DNA of 64,000 nucleotides from Planctomycetota bacterium (GCA_038227875.1 JBBRPR010000013.1:32001-96000); one strand, 5' to 3'; numbered from the stretch's first letter, positions 1 to 9,728 are shown. Made by a program: numbers and translations. Notes: a model not told the origin generated them from the sequence alone.

Positions 1-1
1 G

Positions 2-400
2 GAATTCCCTACGTTTCCGTCGGGAGTGCGGGTGATTGCCTGCGATTTCAAACGCTCCAACGGACAGAACATCCTCGCGTTCCCCCGCTACAAAAAGTCC
101 GGCACGTGGGAACCGGCGGTGGGAGAACTCAAGCGGCACTGCTGCGCGTACGACAAGCGCGGCGCGGCGGCGGGCGAGGCATCGCAGTGCAACTATCAGT
201 ACGTGATCGTCTTTGACGTCACGACCGGCGAGCACGTAGTGATCCAGATCGGAGTTTTTCAGAACAACGCGCGGCCGCGTATCCTGCCGTTTCAGCTCAC
301 GCATATTCAATTGCCGGGACAGGCGCCGAAGGTGCTCGACCTGAAAACGCTTAATGACCAGATCAACAACTACCCTGACGCGGAGGCGTGGACCGATTGA
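2..400 (+). CDS. 5'-truncated CDS; probable first member (GspH/FimT-like) of a minor pilin cassette
   Basis: Frame is open from the window edge (EFPTFPSGVRVIACDF...) to TGA at 400, directly upstream of three prepilin-motif genes. The N-terminus is not visible, so identity comes from context only. Confidence 0.5.
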   Translation, partial: EFPTFPSGVRVIACDFKRSNGQNILAFPRYKKSGTWEPAVGELKRHCCAYDKRGAAAGEASQCNYQYVIVFDVTTGEHVVIQIGVFQNNARPRILPFQLTHIQLPGQAPKVLDLKTLNDQINNYPDAEAWTD

Positions 401-408
401 AGCAGCGC

Positions 409-972
409 ATGCGCCACCCCTTTCGCGTTTCCACGCACCCGCGGGGCATGACCCTGCTGGAAGTGTTGATTGCGATGTTCATTTTCCTGATCGGCGTGCT
501 GGGCGCGCTGGCAGCGATTCCGGCGGGCGTAAGCGCCGCGAAGCTGGTGATCTTTCAGGATGCGGCGATCCACCTGGCGCAGTCGAAATTCGCGGAGTTC
601 CGGCGCGACCGTGTGGACCCGGCCGTGGATCTCGCCGGCGGGTACCTTAATGGTTCCGGACAACTCGCCAGCGGCCGCCAGGCCGGCATTCAGGAGCCGC
701 TCAATGGCAGCGGCGTCTGGCACGACTTCGCGCACGGCGCCGGCGAGACCTACGAGAGCTTCGACGATATCGATCAGTACGAATGGAAAGTCGATCAGGC
801 CCAGTTGAAGGCGATTACCGCCTCGGGGCTCGACGCGAAAAACAACAAGGCGCCTCTGGATACCGGCGGAACCGCGATCGGCCTGACGCAGGTGGCCGTC
901 GTCATCCATCTCAAGAACACGACCCGTGAATTCCGCTTTACGCAGTACATGGCCGCGTGGGACGCCAACTAG
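409..972 (+). CDS. Prepilin-type N-terminal cleavage/methylation protein (PilV/GspI-like minor pilin)
   Basis: Class III signal RG|MTLLEVLIAMFIFLIGVLGAL with Glu at +5. Start at ATG 409 or GTG 388. Confidence 0.85.
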   Translation: MRHPFRVSTHPRGMTLLEVLIAMFIFLIGVLGALAAIPAGVSAAKLVIFQDAAIHLAQSKFAEFRRDRVDPAVDLAGGYLNGSGQLASGRQAGIQEPLNGSGVWHDFAHGAGETYESFDDIDQYEWKVDQAQLKAITASGLDAKNNKAPLDTGGTAIGLTQVAVVIHLKNTTREFRFTQYMAAWDAN

Positions 973-981
973 GAGAACAGG

Positions 982-2103
982 GTGACGCACGCGAAACGAA
1001 AAATCGGTCGAGGCTTTACGCTCGCGGAAGTGATGGTCGTCCTGGCCGTGGGCTTGAGCATGACCATTTTCATCGCGATGATCTTCAAAGTCAGCACGCG
1101 GACGGTACAGAATGTCGAACGCAAACTGGCGGTCTACGAAGCGGCCCGCAATATTCTCGACATCATCCACGCGCAGATGATCACGGCGCTTTCCAACGAG
1201 CGGGGTGAACAATTCTCGATCAAATCGGCGTACTTCATCGACAACGATCCGTTCACGCCAGACAATGCCGATCCCACCGCGCGCTATGGCACGACTTCGC
1301 GCCGCGAAGCCGACGCGCTGAACTTCCGCGTGATCAATGCGGGCGCCAACGTCTACCGTGACGCGTCCTACATTCCCGGCAGCTATGTCTTTCCGATTTC
1401 GTACCAGGGGCTCTACTACACGTTCCCCGAATGCTACAAATTTTCGCTGCGCTCCTCCCTGCTCTACCCCAAGCTCGACGACTGGGACGCATCGAGCCAG
1501 TACCAGGTCAATGCGAACACGGGCAATTTTCTCTCGACGCCCACGCAAATTCGCACCGACCAGAAGAACGACGTTTCACAGATTGAACTGACCGGGCTGC
1601 TGGTTTCCACCAATAACGAATGTTCCGAAAGCTGGAACGGTCCGAACTGGTGGAACTACATTCTGCAGCCAAAGGATCAGGCTCCGAATTTCTTCGCGCC
1701 GGGTAACGAGCCAAAGCTCTCGACGCCGATTTCCAGCGACGTTGGCCGCAAGAATCAGGCGCGCTTCAGCGGCTTCCACATTCTGGATCTCGACATTGCG
1801 TATTGGGACGAGAAGGCCAAGCGCTACGTCGATCCGCCGGACCAGTCGGTGCTCTATTTCGCACCGCCGCCGAAGTCGGTGCGCATCACCATCACCGTCT
1901 GCGATATCGAGAAGCGCTCCACGGTGACGCTGCGGCGCGTAGTCCAGGTGATGACCGGCTCGAATCCGGCGTCGGGAACGGCCAGCAACACGTTCATCGT
2001 GCCCGACGACGGCGTCTACACCGTGCCGCTGCCGGTCAATCAGCCCAAAAGCTTGAAGACGCTGCAGAACGCGGGCATCGAACCGATGCTCAATTTGCCG
2101 TAG
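982..2103 (+). CDS. Prepilin-type protein (PilW/GspJ-like minor pilin), 373 aa
   Basis: RG|FTLAEVMVVLAVGLSMTIFIAMIF motif; AGGAG RBS at 971-975; C-terminal PKSVRITITV strand typical of J/W-type pilins. Confidence 0.85.
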   Translation: MTHAKRKIGRGFTLAEVMVVLAVGLSMTIFIAMIFKVSTRTVQNVERKLAVYEAARNILDIIHAQMITALSNERGEQFSIKSAYFIDNDPFTPDNADPTARYGTTSRREADALNFRVINAGANVYRDASYIPGSYVFPISYQGLYYTFPECYKFSLRSSLLYPKLDDWDASSQYQVNANTGNFLSTPTQIRTDQKNDVSQIELTGLLVSTNNECSESWNGPNWWNYILQPKDQAPNFFAPGNEPKLSTPISSDVGRKNQARFSGFHILDLDIAYWDEKAKRYVDPPDQSVLYFAPPPKSVRITITVCDIEKRSTVTLRRVVQVMTGSNPASGTASNTFIVPDDGVYTVPLPVNQPKSLKTLQNAGIEPMLNLP

Positions 2104-2134
2104 GCAACCCTCGACAGAACGGAAGGCTGTGCGC

Positions 2135-4849
2135 ATGTTCAATCGCGTCAAACAGACGATCGGATCGAAGCCACCGCGCCGCCGCGGGTTTCTGCTGCTC
2201 ATGGTCGTCGGCCTGCTGGCGGTGATGCTGGTGCTGGTTGTCGGCTTCGTTTCCTACACACGCACGGAAACGCAAGCCGTGGGCACCATCCGCGACAAGG
2301 TCGATGGGATGATGCTGATGCATTCCGTGCTCGATTGGACTGTCGCCAGCATCTCCACGGATCTCTTCGACGCTAACGGCCAGCCACGCGCCGGAGCAGG
2401 CTTGGGCGGCGACAACGATCCGAAGGGCCTCGTCTCCAGTGTCCTCGCCCCGAACGATCCCTGCTTCAAGTGGTGGTACCGGCCGTGGGAGCCAAATTAT
2501 CAGGTCGCCGCGTGGTTGAATGGCGAGATCTACGCGCCGTACACGTCGACGAATTTTCAGGCGCAGTGGACGGACATTCCGGCCAGCTATTTTCCATCGG
2601 GCGGAGTCAAGGCCCGGTACGCCGTCCAGGTGCTCGACGCCAACGCGTTCATCAACCTCAACGATTGGAATGAAGACTGCAATCCGACGCAGTGCCAGAT
2701 GAGCCACATGGTGATGGAATCGCTGGGCGACACGTGGCTGGAGAATTTTTACGGCTGGCGCGACAGCGGCCAGTGGGGCGGCAACACGTTCAACGCCGCG
2801 CCGCTGCGCTACGACAATGCGTGGCGCGCCGCGACGCAGACCACGCGCTCGACGGTCTGGCCGAACAACACCGGACTGGCGCAGGTCACCGATACCGTCT
2901 CGCCGAACTGGGTCACGCGCAATTCCACATGGACGACGCTGCAGGGTGTTGATCTGCAGTGCCTGCGCACGGAAACGAGCGCCAAGGGCATGGTGATGCG
3001 CGACCAGCAGGTCTGGCAGACGCTGGGCCCGGGCAACTACTACCCGCCGACGCAGCGCGAAGGTTTCAAGACCGGCAGCTTCAGTTGGGGCTGGGATTAC
3101 TGGGGCACGTACGCGGCGGTCGCTCCAGATTACTTCGGCGACTGGAATCTCAACGCCAATTTCCTCGTCGGCCGTCTGCCTTCGACGTTCTGCTACGCGC
3201 TCCATTCCAACGTGGATCCCGATACCGGCCGCAGCCCGATCAACGTCAATACGTGTTTTCGCTCCGGCGAAATCATTCCCAACAACACACAGTTCACCAT
3301 GCCCCGCGCGTTCACGATGGAATCGGTCTTCAACGTCGAATCGCTGCGCCGCATCGTCAAGATCGGCGACTTCTACTTTCTGAACGGCGCCAACATCTCG
3401 ACGAAGTGCAATGCCTCGGACTCTGCCAGCCCGGTGTTCATCGGCAACCTCAGCGCCGCCGACAAAGCGCTGGCGTGGCGCAAACACGAACAGCTCCGCA
3501 CAAAACTGGCCTGCCAGTATCAGGAAACACTCTGCCGCTACTTCACCGCCTCCTACTACCACCCGGCGATTTACTGTCAGAACAACACCTGGCTGAAGCG
3601 CAAGTACCCGCCCTTCAATGCCGGCCAAGGCACCTACGCGGCCGTTTACGGCAATGGCATCGGACTACAGTGGTATTGCAAGAGCAACAATCATTCGCAG
3701 ACGCCTTTTCCGTTTGGACTGCGCACGTTTCGCAAGAATGTCGCGGATGACTTGAAGAAAATGTCGGGCGGGATGCCGGTGATTGTCTCCGTCGACAATG
3801 CCGACAACTTCAACGTGGCGCAGGGCCGCATGGACATGCGCACGGCCAACGCGGTCTTCGACAACATCGTCCCCGGCAAAGCGCTGATCTACGCCTCGAC
3901 GTACAAGACTGGGACACCCGCCACCAACGACTACCTTGATCCCTTGCAGGAGCTTTACGACCTGCAGCTCGGCCGCGACGAGACGGCCGACGACATATTC
4001 AACGCGCAACCGAACTCCAAAGACAACAACACCGGCGCGTGGACCGACAACGCTGCGTTGTTCGATTCCGGACTGACCGCCGTGACCGGATTCCCCGCGA
4101 AGAGCACACCGCTGCCGGCGTCGCGAATTACGCTGCGCGCCAAAGGGCTGGACATCGCCCCGGCCACCACCGTCAACGGTCCGACGCCGGAAGGACCGTA
4201 CTCCACGAAGTACAAAGATTCCGCGGGCACGCCGAAGGACATCCCCAGCGTGCCGTGGCGGCAGCAGTGCTTCGGACCCGATTGGTTCTCCACGGAACTC
4301 ACCACGACCAGCACGGCGTTCTACGTCATCATCACCGTGCAGATGCAGGACACCGCCACGAATAACGACGTCTATGTCGGACAGTGGGGCGCGGTGGTGG
4401 AACTGGCACCCGATGTCGTCACCGAAACAGACTCGTCGTACGACCCGTCTTACAAAGGCGTGAACGGTACGCAGTGGCCCAAAGGCGCGGCCGGCAACGC
4501 GCCGGGCACGATGGGCCTCGGTTTCTACCGCGGCGGTTGGCCGAAGTTACTCAAGTCGGCCAAGCAGGGCGATCCGTATGCAGCCACGTACAGCCAGGAT
4601 GCCTTTCCCGACGGCACGGTGAAGTCCTACCGCAGCGAAAGCGCGTCGCAGGGCACACAATGGACGGCGACGTCGACCAACAACTGGGCCGACTGGCGCG
4701 GCACAACCACGAATCCGAACATGACCAACGATCCGCTGCACTGCGCCAATTTTTATCAGGACACCAATCCGGCAGACTCGAAACGATCGCAGACCAAGAA
4801 GCAGGTGCGCATCAAGGCGCTCTGGAGTCTGAACGGCGGGACGTACTGA
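2135..4849 (+). CDS. Large PilX/GspK-like minor pilin (~900 aa)
   Basis: RRRG|FLLLMVVGLLAVMLVLVVGF lacks Glu at +5, as is typical of GspK/PilX. VLDANAFINLN resembles the GspK D-x(3)-INLN motif. Confidence 0.75.
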   Translation: MFNRVKQTIGSKPPRRRGFLLLMVVGLLAVMLVLVVGFVSYTRTETQAVGTIRDKVDGMMLMHSVLDWTVASISTDLFDANGQPRAGAGLGGDNDPKGLVSSVLAPNDPCFKWWYRPWEPNYQVAAWLNGEIYAPYTSTNFQAQWTDIPASYFPSGGVKARYAVQVLDANAFINLNDWNEDCNPTQCQMSHMVMESLGDTWLENFYGWRDSGQWGGNTFNAAPLRYDNAWRAATQTTRSTVWPNNTGLAQVTDTVSPNWVTRNSTWTTLQGVDLQCLRTETSAKGMVMRDQQVWQTLGPGNYYPPTQREGFKTGSFSWGWDYWGTYAAVAPDYFGDWNLNANFLVGRLPSTFCYALHSNVDPDTGRSPINVNTCFRSGEIIPNNTQFTMPRAFTMESVFNVESLRRIVKIGDFYFLNGANISTKCNASDSASPVFIGNLSAADKALAWRKHEQLRTKLACQYQETLCRYFTASYYHPAIYCQNNTWLKRKYPPFNAGQGTYAAVYGNGIGLQWYCKSNNHSQTPFPFGLRTFRKNVADDLKKMSGGMPVIVSVDNADNFNVAQGRMDMRTANAVFDNIVPGKALIYASTYKTGTPATNDYLDPLQELYDLQLGRDETADDIFNAQPNSKDNNTGAWTDNAALFDSGLTAVTGFPAKSTPLPASRITLRAKGLDIAPATTVNGPTPEGPYSTKYKDSAGTPKDIPSVPWRQQCFGPDWFSTELTTTSTAFYVIITVQMQDTATNNDVYVGQWGAVVELAPDVVTETDSSYDPSYKGVNGTQWPKGAAGNAPGTMGLGFYRGGWPKLLKSAKQGDPYAATYSQDAFPDGTVKSYRSESASQGTQWTATSTNNWADWRGTTTNPNMTNDPLHCANFYQDTNPADSKRSQTKKQVRIKALWSLNGGTY

Positions 4850-4852
4850 CCC

Positions 4853-6262
4853 ATGCCGGAGCTTCAACCGGGCCTGTCCAACGGGCCAGAGAAAGGGAAA
4901 GACATGTCGATCGAAGCGCCTCCCGCACCGCCGGCCCCATCTTCGGCGAAATTGCAGCCGGCCTCGCCGGAAGCTGCGCCTGCGCCAGCGGTCAATATGG
5001 CGCAGCGCCTTCGCGACACGGGCAAGACGGCCACGTATCTGAGCTCCGGCACACCTCAAAAATCGCCCACGCCGTCGGCGCTGTCGGCCGTCAAGCCGCC
5101 TTCGATTCGCCGCACGTCCGGCGCGCAGATCCTTCCGCGCACGGCCACTCCGTCAGTCGTGAACGCCGTTCAGAATCCTGCCGCAACGCTCCACGCTCGC
5201 CGTGTGTCCGATCGCGAAGCGCTGACGCCTCCCGGCGCGTCCGGCCGCATCCAATCACCGATGCCAGCGCTGGGAACGCTGCACACCGCCCCTGGTGCTT
5301 CCGGGACGCGGCAGATCTCCCAGGCCAAATGGCATTGCGAACGCTGCCAGGCTCCCGTTGACAAGGAAGGCGTCGTCAACGGCACATGCAAACTCGTAGG
5401 CGGTCAGTTGTATTGCGTGAAGTGCTTCAAGAAGCGCATCGCCACCCGCAACCTGCGCCTGACGCTGTGGGGTGTCGGCGGCGTATTGCTGGTGGGGCTG
5501 GCGGCATCGGCGGTATTTCTCACGCAGCCGTTGTTGATTCTGCTGATTCCCATCGGCGCCTTGGCGGTGCTGACCGGCATCATCGGCGGCGGCTTGGATG
5601 GTTCCGCGCGCCTGGCCTTCGTGGCGGCGGGACTGGCGGCGATCGTGGGCAGTTGCTGGGGGACCGGGCTGGTCAGCGAGCGCTCCGAATCACGGCAGGC
5701 TCAGCAGGTTCTGGAAAAACAGGCCATGCAGGTGACGGAACTGATCGAGAGCAAAAATTTCGCGCAGGCCGACGCCCGCATCGAAGCGCTCACGGCCCAG
5801 AGCAAGGACCGCACCGGCCGCTATCTCTCGCCGGAGCAGGAGAAGAAAATCGAAGCCCTGCGCGCGCAGTTCGACGCACAACTCCGCGCCAAGTACGGCG
5901 AACTGACGCCGCACGAGAACCACGTGCTGATGACCTTGATCCGCGCCTTCCCGGACGATTCCGACAACGGCGCGGAGCGGTTTCGCGCCGTTCACATGAC
6001 GGACACGAAAGTTTCCGTCACTGTCGAGAAGGCTCGCGAAATGCTGTCGGAGAAGGACATCGCCATGGGGCCGATGGGCGACCCCACCACGCTGCAGGCG
6101 CGCACACTGGCGCTGTTCCTGTTCGACAGCTATCCGTTTTTGAAGGACGTCGAGATTGAAACGCTGGGCGAAAAGTCACAGCATCTGGCGTACAACCGCG
6201 AACAGATCACGCAGTTGCGCATGGGTGGAATGACGGCGCCAGCTTCAATTCGAGAACACTGA
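4853..6262 (+). CDS. Hypothetical membrane protein: Pro/Ser/Thr-rich N-terminus, CxxC...CxxC zinc finger, about 3 TM helices, helical C-terminal domain
   Basis: HCERC...LYCVKC motif followed by three hydrophobic segments; starts 3 bp after the PilX-like gene. Confidence 0.7.
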   Translation: MPELQPGLSNGPEKGKDMSIEAPPAPPAPSSAKLQPASPEAAPAPAVNMAQRLRDTGKTATYLSSGTPQKSPTPSALSAVKPPSIRRTSGAQILPRTATPSVVNAVQNPAATLHARRVSDREALTPPGASGRIQSPMPALGTLHTAPGASGTRQISQAKWHCERCQAPVDKEGVVNGTCKLVGGQLYCVKCFKKRIATRNLRLTLWGVGGVLLVGLAASAVFLTQPLLILLIPIGALAVLTGIIGGGLDGSARLAFVAAGLAAIVGSCWGTGLVSERSESRQAQQVLEKQAMQVTELIESKNFAQADARIEALTAQSKDRTGRYLSPEQEKKIEALRAQFDAQLRAKYGELTPHENHVLMTLIRAFPDDSDNGAERFRAVHMTDTKVSVTVEKAREMLSEKDIAMGPMGDPTTLQARTLALFLFDSYPFLKDVEIETLGEKSQHLAYNREQITQLRMGGMTAPASIREH

Positions 6263-6271
6263 ACGCTGCGA

Positions 6272-7354
6272 TCAAGGTGCGTCAGGCATGTCCCCGTCGC
6301 GACCGTAATTCCACGCCGTCTGTTCCCAGCCCGGCGCGGAATAGAACGTGTTGCCTTCGACGGCGAGATTCAGGACTTCTTCAACATTCTCGTTGTCGAC
6401 CAGTGCCGGGGTCTGGTGCCAGAAGCAGCGCACGATCGGCAGCCATGCTCCGGGATACCCGTGCTGCGGCGACGAGTAGGTTGTGCCGCCGTTCACATTC
6501 GTGTAACCGAGGAAGATCATGTCGGCCGGATCGAGCTGCCAGCCATCGGAATCGAAAATGTTGAACCAGCCCACCGGAAACGCGCCGTTATCGCCGGGAT
6601 AGGCCAGGCCCGTGCAGCAGATGTCGCCCTTTTCCTTCTGCCAGAATTTCGCTTCCTGCCAGGTGATGATGCCCTGGTTCGACGGCGTTGCGGGGTTCGT
6701 CCACCACTGATCGGTGAGGCCGAAGAGACTCATGTGTGAAGGACTGGGCGACGTGCCGGTAATATAACCGCTGCCAATGGCATCGTTGTACGCGGTCGGC
6801 AGTGGCGGATCGTAGGAAACGTCGTTGTACCATTCGACCAGGAAGTCTGAGGCCCAGCCGCCGTCCCACGTGTCGTTGGTCCGGTCGTAAGTCTCGCAGA
6901 TGCGGGTGCTGAATTCATACAGGTACGAGCAATTGCGCTGGGGCCGGGTGTCTCCGGGCCAGGCGGGCGCTGACGTCACGCGTTCTGCCCAGTCGTACTT
7001 ATTGTCGATGGGACTTCCCGGCTTCAGCGAATTGCCCGTGGCGTGCGACAAATCCATCGGACACACAAACAGGCGGTCGTCGTTGACATAGAGATGTGTC
7101 GGATCGGCCAGATGAGTCAAACGTTCGGGAAACGCGTTCTGCTGGCGGCCTTCGAAACTCTGGTACATCACCAACGCGGCGCCAAGTTGCTTGAGATTGT
7201 TGGCGCACTGAACTTTGCGCGACTGCGTCCGCGCTCTGGCCAGTGCCGGAATCACAAGGCTCGACAGCACAATCAGGATGACGACCACGACCAGGATCTC
7301 CAGCAGCGAAATGCCCGCTGGCCCCCGTGACGTATGACGCGCTCTTGTTTTCAT
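6272..7354 (-). CDS. Prepilin-type cleavage/methylation protein, DUF1559-like (PVC type)
   Basis: AG|ISLLEILVVVVILIVLSSLVIPALARARTQSRKVQCANNLKQLGAALVMY is the typical PVC DUF1559 N-terminal signature; FVCPMD motif follows. Confidence 0.85.
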   Translation of the reverse strand: MKTRARHTSRGPAGISLLEILVVVVILIVLSSLVIPALARARTQSRKVQCANNLKQLGAALVMYQSFEGRQQNAFPERLTHLADPTHLYVNDDRLFVCPMDLSHATGNSLKPGSPIDNKYDWAERVTSAPAWPGDTRPQRNCSYLYEFSTRICETYDRTNDTWDGGWASDFLVEWYNDVSYDPPLPTAYNDAIGSGYITGTSPSPSHMSLFGLTDQWWTNPATPSNQGIITWQEAKFWQKEKGDICCTGLAYPGDNGAFPVGWFNIFDSDGWQLDPADMIFLGYTNVNGGTTYSSPQHGYPGAWLPIVRCFWHQTPALVDNENVEEVLNLAVEGNTFYSAPGWEQTAWNYGRDGDMPDAP

Positions 7355-7641
7355 GATCGATCCCACGCCCGCGATGTGCTGCCTTATAATGTATTAAAAC
7401 GCCAAACCACCCGTAGAGTCACCAGGTACAACACCTGATTGGGCAGAATAATACGACGTTTTTCGCCCAGAAGTAGCGAAATGACGGAGTTGGCCCAACT
7501 TTGCGGCGGTAGGCGCAATACCCTGTGTTTAACCTGGGCAACAATTGGTGCCCAGCAGGTAGACACGCGAAATACCAAGGTGCATTGAAGGAATCCAACT
7601 TTTCCTTCAGTTGGCGTACCATTCCAGCCGAATCTTTCGCC

Positions 7642-9570
7642 ATGACTCCTCATTCGCTCGCCGTTTCCGGTGCGGCTCTTCTCGACGAACAGCCGCGTCG
7701 CGTCCTCCCGCGACCGTCTGAGCGTATTCTGCGCTCCGGCGCATTTTTGAGTCACGCGCGTCCGCTGCGCCTCGCCGAGTTGCTCCGGCCGTTCCTACAA
7801 TCTAAGGAGCTCAGCCCCGAAGCGTGGGTGATGAGCGCCGCGACGGAACTGGCCGCGCGGTCCGCCCGTCCGGTTCCTGCTGCCTGGTTGGAGAAGCTGG
7901 CGACTGCACTGCAGGTTTCCCCCACGTCCCTGTCGCGTCCGGATTTTGAAGCGCTGCCGAAAGCGATCTGGAACGAACCGGCGTTGCTCGGTGGTTTTCT
8001 TTCGAACGCCCGCCACCGGGCGGAGTCTGAACGCGTGGGCCGCACGGGCCGCGTCAGCGAAGGCTCGGTGTACACGCCGTCGTCGGTTGCGCGAGCCATC
8101 ATTACGGAGCTAAAGGTAGGCAACCGCCGCGTGGTCGATCCGGCCTGCGGCGCGGGTGCGTTTTTGCTCGAAGCGTTTCAGCGCGGTTATCGCCGGCGGC
8201 TGGAAGGTGGCGAAACGGCGCGCAACGCAGCGCAAGCGGTCCTTTCCAATGAGCTGACCGGGATCGACATTGACGCCAAGGCGCTGGCTGTCGCGGAATT
8301 CTCGCTGCGCATGTCGGCGCTGCGCAGCGCGGCGCTCGACGCCACGGTGCCCATCGATTTACGCCACGCTGATGCGTTGAAGCCGTTGAACGGTCTCGAG
8401 AGCAGCTGCGAATGCGTCGTCGGCAATCCGCCGTTCGTGGAGGGACGCGGACTTTCGCCCGATGAGCTCGATGGCTTGCGCGAGCGATTTCACTGCGCGG
8501 CGTCGGGCAAGGTCAATCTCTTCGCGGTCTTCATCGAACGTTCGCTGGAATTGCTCAAAGACAACGGGGTGATGGCGCTGATTGTGCCGGCGACGTTCCA
8601 GCGCAACGCGCGCTATCAGCTCCTCCGCGAATTCCTGCTCAAGCACACCCTCGAATCGATCAAGCCGCTGGAGAAGGAACACTTCGACGGCCACGCCGTG
8701 GAGACGGTCATTCTGCGCGTGCGCAAGCGGCCGCCAGTCGTCTCGTCGCGCGTGAAACTCAGCGGCGGCGCGGTGCTTCAGTCGCATTTACCGCTCGGTC
8801 CGGTGTTGCGCTTCTGCGATCATCTACCGCGCGCGTTACGACGTCAGATCGAACTGATGGAACGCCACGGCGCGCCGCTGGGCGATACGTTTGAAGTCCG
8901 CGACGGCATCTCCACCGGCTTCCAGCCCTTTCCGCAGAAGCTGCTGGGGCGCGTCGACGGCGGAAAATTCCTTGCCGCCGACGGCAGTGCTCACGCCTTT
9001 GACCCACAGATTCACCGCAAGGTCATCGACGGCTGCGAATTCAATGCGTTCATGCCGGTCGAATGGCAGGGCCGTTACATTGCATACAACAAGGCTCACG
9101 AACACACCCCGCCCCACCCCGGCCGCCCCTTTAACTGCCAACTGCGCGACGCGGCGCTCTACGACCGCGGGGAGAAGATTCTGACCCGCCAGACCGCGCG
9201 CGGATTGCTGGCGACCGTCGATCGCGAGCGGTATTTCGTGCGCAATTCCGTGCACGTGACCTTTCAGAAACCGGAGCACGCCGGGCTGTCGCTCGATGCG
9301 CTCTGCGCGTGCATGAATTCCAAATTCTACACCGACTACTTCCTCGCGGTGACCGGCGAGAATGGCGACGTTTTCCCGCAGGTCCACATCGCGGACATCA
9401 AGCGCCTGCCGATCCTCCCCGGCCTGCTGCGTGCCGATGCGCCGCTCGCGAACTTCGGGGCGGAGCTGCTCGAACTCCACAAAGCTCCAAACTACAATGC
9501 AGCGCGCATTGTTGACGTTAAGGCTTTGATCGAAAACGAATTGGCCGCTGCGTTCGGCATTCACGGTTGA
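7642..9570 (+). CDS. Amino (probably N6-adenine) DNA methyltransferase, gamma class (Eco57I/TaqI-like) with C-terminal specificity domain
   Basis: YTP, motif I VVDPACGAGAFL, GIDID, motif IV VVGNPPF, and a TaqI_C-like tail (KILTRQTA...MNSKFY...IKRLPI). Start codon uncertain. Confidence 0.85.
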   Translation: MTPHSLAVSGAALLDEQPRRVLPRPSERILRSGAFLSHARPLRLAELLRPFLQSKELSPEAWVMSAATELAARSARPVPAAWLEKLATALQVSPTSLSRPDFEALPKAIWNEPALLGGFLSNARHRAESERVGRTGRVSEGSVYTPSSVARAIITELKVGNRRVVDPACGAGAFLLEAFQRGYRRRLEGGETARNAAQAVLSNELTGIDIDAKALAVAEFSLRMSALRSAALDATVPIDLRHADALKPLNGLESSCECVVGNPPFVEGRGLSPDELDGLRERFHCAASGKVNLFAVFIERSLELLKDNGVMALIVPATFQRNARYQLLREFLLKHTLESIKPLEKEHFDGHAVETVILRVRKRPPVVSSRVKLSGGAVLQSHLPLGPVLRFCDHLPRALRRQIELMERHGAPLGDTFEVRDGISTGFQPFPQKLLGRVDGGKFLAADGSAHAFDPQIHRKVIDGCEFNAFMPVEWQGRYIAYNKAHEHTPPHPGRPFNCQLRDAALYDRGEKILTRQTARGLLATVDRERYFVRNSVHVTFQKPEHAGLSLDALCACMNSKFYTDYFLAVTGENGDVFPQVHIADIKRLPILPGLLRADAPLANFGAELLELHKAPNYNAARIVDVKALIENELAAAFGIHG

Positions 9571-9653
9571 AAAATTTCCACGCGTGCACCTGCATGGGGA
9601 CCCTAGTGACAGCTGTCACCAGTGTCTATTAGTCACTATTTCAATTTTTCAAC
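9566..9653. repeat. Nested inverted repeats/palindrome in intergenic region
   Basis: GTTGAAAAATT (9566-9576) and AATTTTTCAAC (9643-9653) enclose a perfect palindrome GTGACAGCTGTCAC (9606-9619). Confidence 0.6.
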
Positions 9654-9728
9654 GCAAGGTTATTCCACGCATCCCGTAAGCCCTTCAGAGCACGTCGGGT
9701 AGTCAAAATTATTCGAGGAGCGGTTGCG

